In this document: positions 16,546-19,636 of the stretch, in pieces | Position numbering within the stretch: the first letter of the stretch is position 1 | Layout: each line of letters starts with the position of its first letter | Assembly: GCA_038886995.1 (NCBI GenBank) | Contig: JAWALG010000021.1 | Coordinates: 1 to 19,636 of the forward strand | Direction of reading: 5' to 3' | DNA: 19,636 nucleotides | Source of the DNA: Candidatus Iainarchaeum sp. | GTDB lineage: Archaea; Iainarchaeota; Iainarchaeia; Iainarchaeales; DTGL01 | Program-made: the position numbers and the translations under genes | The notes under the pieces: generated by a model | The model's input: only the letters and a program-made list of their open reading frames with translations | What the model was told of the DNA's origin: nothing | Database searches by the model: none

Positions 16546-17454
16546 TTAAATCAGCAAATAAAGATTGCATAGCAGCATAAAAATGGCGCTTGATGATATG
16601 AATGCGTTCGCTTTTGTGATATTACTAATTTCGCCGGCTAGCAAAACCATTAGTGAAACAAAACTAGGCAGCAATGAAAAAGCGAAGATTGCCAAATATG
16701 GGTAAGTGCCCCATATAAATGAGTATAACAATAAGCTCATTGAGGCAAAAAGGTGCAACAAAGCAATTGCCACCAAGGTACTTTTTTTACCAAAAATAAT
16801 TGCAAAATTCTTCTTTCCAATTTTTTTATCGTTTTCTATATCCGGCAGCTGAACAGACAAAGTAAAGGCAAATCCGTAAAATAGCAATGGTGTGGAAAAG
16901 ATAATCATATGCATTGTTATAGTACCAGAAGAAACAAAATTGCCATATGTGGGCACCATTAATCCAACCACTGCTGCAAAAATAAGATTGCCATAGAGCT
17001 TCTTGGAAAATTTCAAAGGGGGCGCACTGTAATACCACCCGCAAAAGTTGCCAATTAAGGAAAAAACTAGGATAATAGGGCTGAAGTCAAAAAACAAAAC
17101 AAGCATAATTGCTGTAAGGAAAGAAAGGGTAATTAGAACAATGGCTATTTTTTTGGCCAATTCCCTTAGCTTTGGACTTCTCAGTAATATGCCGCTGCCA
17201 CCAGAGAAGAAGCTTCTTTCATTATTCTTGTCAGTTTCAAAGTCAAAATAATCGTTGCTGTATGAAACCGACAAATGCGAAAAGAAAAGAACTAAATATC
17301 CTAAAAGAATTCTATCAAAGGAAAGCTCTATTCCTGAAAGATGGGCGATCTGTGCACCGAAAATATACAAAAGAAATCCGCCAAGTATAAACTGAAAACG
17401 GCCTAACTTTATAATATCCAAAGTCAAAGGCCCTGCTTTAATATTTTTTTTCAT
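16546..17454 (-). CDS. UbiA-superfamily prenyltransferase, MenA/UBIAD1-like
   Basis: NDYFDFETD...SGGSG, YSAPPLK and PDIENDKKIGK Asp-rich motifs; multi-TM; start overlaps the crtI-like stop (ATGA). Confidence 0.88.
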   Translation of the reverse strand: MKKNIKAGPLTLDIIKLGRFQFILGGFLLYIFGAQIAHLSGIELSFDRILLGYLVLFFSHLSVSYSNDYFDFETDKNNERSFFSGGSGILLRSPKLRELAKKIAIVLITLSFLTAIMLVLFFDFSPIILVFSLIGNFCGWYYSAPPLKFSKKLYGNLIFAAVVGLMVPTYGNFVSSGTITMHMIIFSTPLLFYGFAFTLSVQLPDIENDKKIGKKNFAIIFGKKSTLVAIALLHLFASMSLLLYSFIWGTYPYLAIFAFSLLPSFVSLMVLLAGEISNITKANAFISSSAIFMLLCNLYLLI

Positions 17455-18995
17455 TCGCTTACCTTCTTCTTGGAAAGGGATGTGGGCTCTTTATAGCTAA
17501 TTCCGTGCTTTTTAGAAATCAGGTTTGCTGTAATCCTGGCAGATTCATAGATTGTTGGTAAACCGCTGCCAGGATGCGTGCCACCGCCAACAAGCCAACA
17601 ATTTTCTGCTTCTTCAAATTTATTCCTAGGCCTGAAATAAAGCATCTGCGAAAGGTTGTGCGCTAGGTTAAAAGTAGCGCCTTTGTATACATTGTATTTC
17701 TTTTCCCAATCTTCAGGCGTAATGATCATTTCAGCTTTTATGTGCTTTTCAAGGTCTCCAATCTTTGCCCTCTTGGAAAAGAGTTTTATTATTTTGTTTC
17801 TGAATTTTGTTTTTTCTTTTGCCCAGTTGATTTTTGCCCTGTTGTTCGGCACTGGAACAAGTATGTAAATTGTCGAATGGCCTTTTGGTGCAAGGGTTGA
17901 ATCAACCAGTGAAGCATTTTGGACATAAAATGATGGTTCTTCTGGTAGTTTCATGTTTTTGAAGATGTCTTCCACATTGCCTTCATAGTCCTTCGAAAAG
18001 TATATGTTGTGGTGTGGCAAATCATAAACCTTGTCCAAGCCAAGGTAAATCATGAATGTTGAGCAGGACAGCCTCTTCTTTTCAAGTTTCTCTTTTGAGT
18101 ATTTCTTAAGGAATCCTTTAGGAAATAGATTCGTTGCGGCATATCCAAAATCTGCGTTTATCACAACCTCATCAGCGAAATCTTTCTTGCCATTGCTCAG
18201 CAAAACACCAACCGCTTTTCTTCCAGAAAAAATTATTTCTTTTACTGGTGTGCTCAATCTTATCTTTGCACCATTTTCTTCCGCTGCTTTTGCCATTGCT
18301 GCTGAAATTGCATTTAAGCCACCAATAACATGATATATTCCATATTTACGCTCTACATATGGGATCATAGTAAAGCCAGCTGGGCACTCCCAAGGAGACA
18401 TTCCAAGGTACTTTGACTGAAATGCAAAAGCCATCTTCTGCCTTTCATCTTTGAAATATGTGCTCAGGTTCTGATAAAGCGACTGTCTTATGCCGAGAAT
18501 TGGTATTGCCCTTATGAACCTCCAAGAAAAAAACTCGAGAAAGCTGGTGTAATCCTTCTGCAAGCATGGGAAAAGAAGCTCATAGCGTCTCTTTTCTTTT
18601 TTGTAGAATTCTTTTACACTTTCGCCACTGCCAGGAAAATATTTTTCTGCTTCTTCAATGTTTTTTTCCATTTCCTTAGAAGGGAAAAGTTCTATGTCAC
18701 CATAATCAAGATGATATAGTGGCTCAATCTCCACAAACTTTAAGTATTTTTTAGCCTTTTTACCAGCTTCTTCAAACATTTCTTCAAGTATGAATTTCAT
18801 CATTAGGAATGTCGGGCCTGTATCGAAAGTGTATGGCCCAAGCTTAATTGGCGCATTCCTGCCACCAACAACTGGCTCTTTTTCGTAAACCGTCACTGAA
18901 AAACCGCGATGGGCCAAAATCATTGCACATGCAAGACCGCCGGGGCCTGCACCAATAACAATAACCTTTTTTTCAGCCAAAGGCATTACCCCCAC
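17451..18995 (-). CDS. crtI: Phytoene desaturase family (CrtI/CrtN-like) FAD oxidoreductase
   Basis: VIVIGAGPGG Rossmann motif, GGRN, FDTGPT, C-terminal GGGTHPGSGLPTIYESARI; start GTG 18995 or ATG 18986. The symbol denotes the family, not a proven substrate. Confidence 0.88.
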   Translation of the reverse strand: MGVMPLAEKKVIVIGAGPGGLACAMILAHRGFSVTVYEKEPVVGGRNAPIKLGPYTFDTGPTFLMMKFILEEMFEEAGKKAKKYLKFVEIEPLYHLDYGDIELFPSKEMEKNIEEAEKYFPGSGESVKEFYKKEKRRYELLFPCLQKDYTSFLEFFSWRFIRAIPILGIRQSLYQNLSTYFKDERQKMAFAFQSKYLGMSPWECPAGFTMIPYVERKYGIYHVIGGLNAISAAMAKAAEENGAKIRLSTPVKEIIFSGRKAVGVLLSNGKKDFADEVVINADFGYAATNLFPKGFLKKYSKEKLEKKRLSCSTFMIYLGLDKVYDLPHHNIYFSKDYEGNVEDIFKNMKLPEEPSFYVQNASLVDSTLAPKGHSTIYILVPVPNNRAKINWAKEKTKFRNKIIKLFSKRAKIGDLEKHIKAEMIITPEDWEKKYNVYKGATFNLAHNLSQMLYFRPRNKFEEAENCWLVGGGTHPGSGLPTIYESARITANLISKKHGISYKEPTSLSKKKVSE

Positions 18996-19082
18996 AGCAA
19001 TTCTAATATTGATATACTCATAGTAAGTATTAAATAAAGCTAAATAGTTATCTTATAAGGTCTAAGAACATTTGTGTTCCTT

Positions 19083-19636
19083 ATGCCAATGATAAATCCA
19101 AAGGATTTTTTTAAATATTGTATTGAATATAAACGAAGCCCTGCTTAAAGAAAAGCTTAGTTTTCATTATTTATTGCAATAGTATTCTTTGGGTTCGTTA
19201 CAATGCTTGTGGTAGATACAATTTCCGCAAAGGATGATTATGTATTCGGCATTGTGTCTTCTGCTTACAGTTGCTTTGTTTTCATTTTAAGCTCTTTTGT
19301 AGCCGTGGTTCTTGGCTTTATCGTGTCTCAGTTGTCCACTCCATTGGGCTCACTGATAGCTTTTTTGATTATTTCAGCTGGCGCAGCCCTTTATTTTGCA
19401 ACACTCTATAAATGCATTAAAGAGTTATTCGAGATCAGTGCAACCGAAGCTGCAATTTCTGCCGCATGCGTTGCTTTGGGCTTGCTTCTTTTTTTCTCAC
19501 TCTACCCAACATCATTCCTTATGTCAAGCACAGGAACACCAAACATAAGAATTTATACAACATCACAAACGCAGACCACAACTACTGGCTTGAACCCCTA
19601 TGCTTCTTGTGAAAAATTGACAGATGCTTACGCAAA
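19083..19636 (+). CDS. Multi-pass membrane protein, partial at the right edge; 5' part interrupted (possible pseudogene or homopolymer errors)
   Basis: The frame is open from 19161 to the window end with several hydrophobic segments. In-frame ATG 19083 lies about 24 nt after TATA-like CTTATAAG (19052-19059) but is followed by stops at 19146 and 19158. Alternative start ATG 19203. Confidence 0.55.

Noticed and set aside
16362-16580. 72-aa ORF after padR
   Set aside because: It spans the tRNA-Leu gene and its promoter, so it is spurious.
19066-19079. Short inverted repeat GAACA-TTTG-TGTTC before ATG 19083
   Set aside because: Only 5-bp arms and no second copy noticed; cannot be distinguished from chance.
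16443-19636. Possible island integrated at tRNA-Leu carrying crtI/ubiA
   Set aside because: No integrase and no duplicated tRNA 3' end seen within the window.

Overview
AT-rich, gene-dense archaeal chromosomal window. Archaeal origin is supported by TATA/BRE promoters with several apparently leaderless genes, GGTGA/GGAGGT Shine-Dalgarno sites, a tRNA-Leu without encoded CCA, a HemK2-type methyltransferase and a COG1361-type surface protein. The style suggests a DPANN-type lineage such as Iainarchaeota/Micrarchaeota (inference only). Left to right: two glycosyltransferases (GT4 partial, GT2), a basic helical orphan, DUF167, SdpI-type membrane protein, extended nucleotidyltransferase, ArsR regulator, Ham1/RdgB pyrophosphatase, small membrane protein, HemK2, an unassigned ~78-nt structured RNA candidate, arrestin/SpoOM-fold protein, solo Cas4-like nuclease head-to-head with TatD, SERCA-type P2A ATPase, nitroreductase, an 11-12 aa Lys-rich micro-ORF with its own promoter/SD/terminator, a MacB/LolD-type ABC operon with surface protein and divergent PadR (palindromic operator), tRNA-Leu(TAG), a crtI-like + UbiA/MenA-like two-gene operon, and an interrupted membrane-protein gene at the right edge. 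No CRISPR array, integrase or transposase was seen. The best novelty candidates are the structured ncRNA (6045-6122) and the Lys-rich micro-peptide gene (11402-11440).
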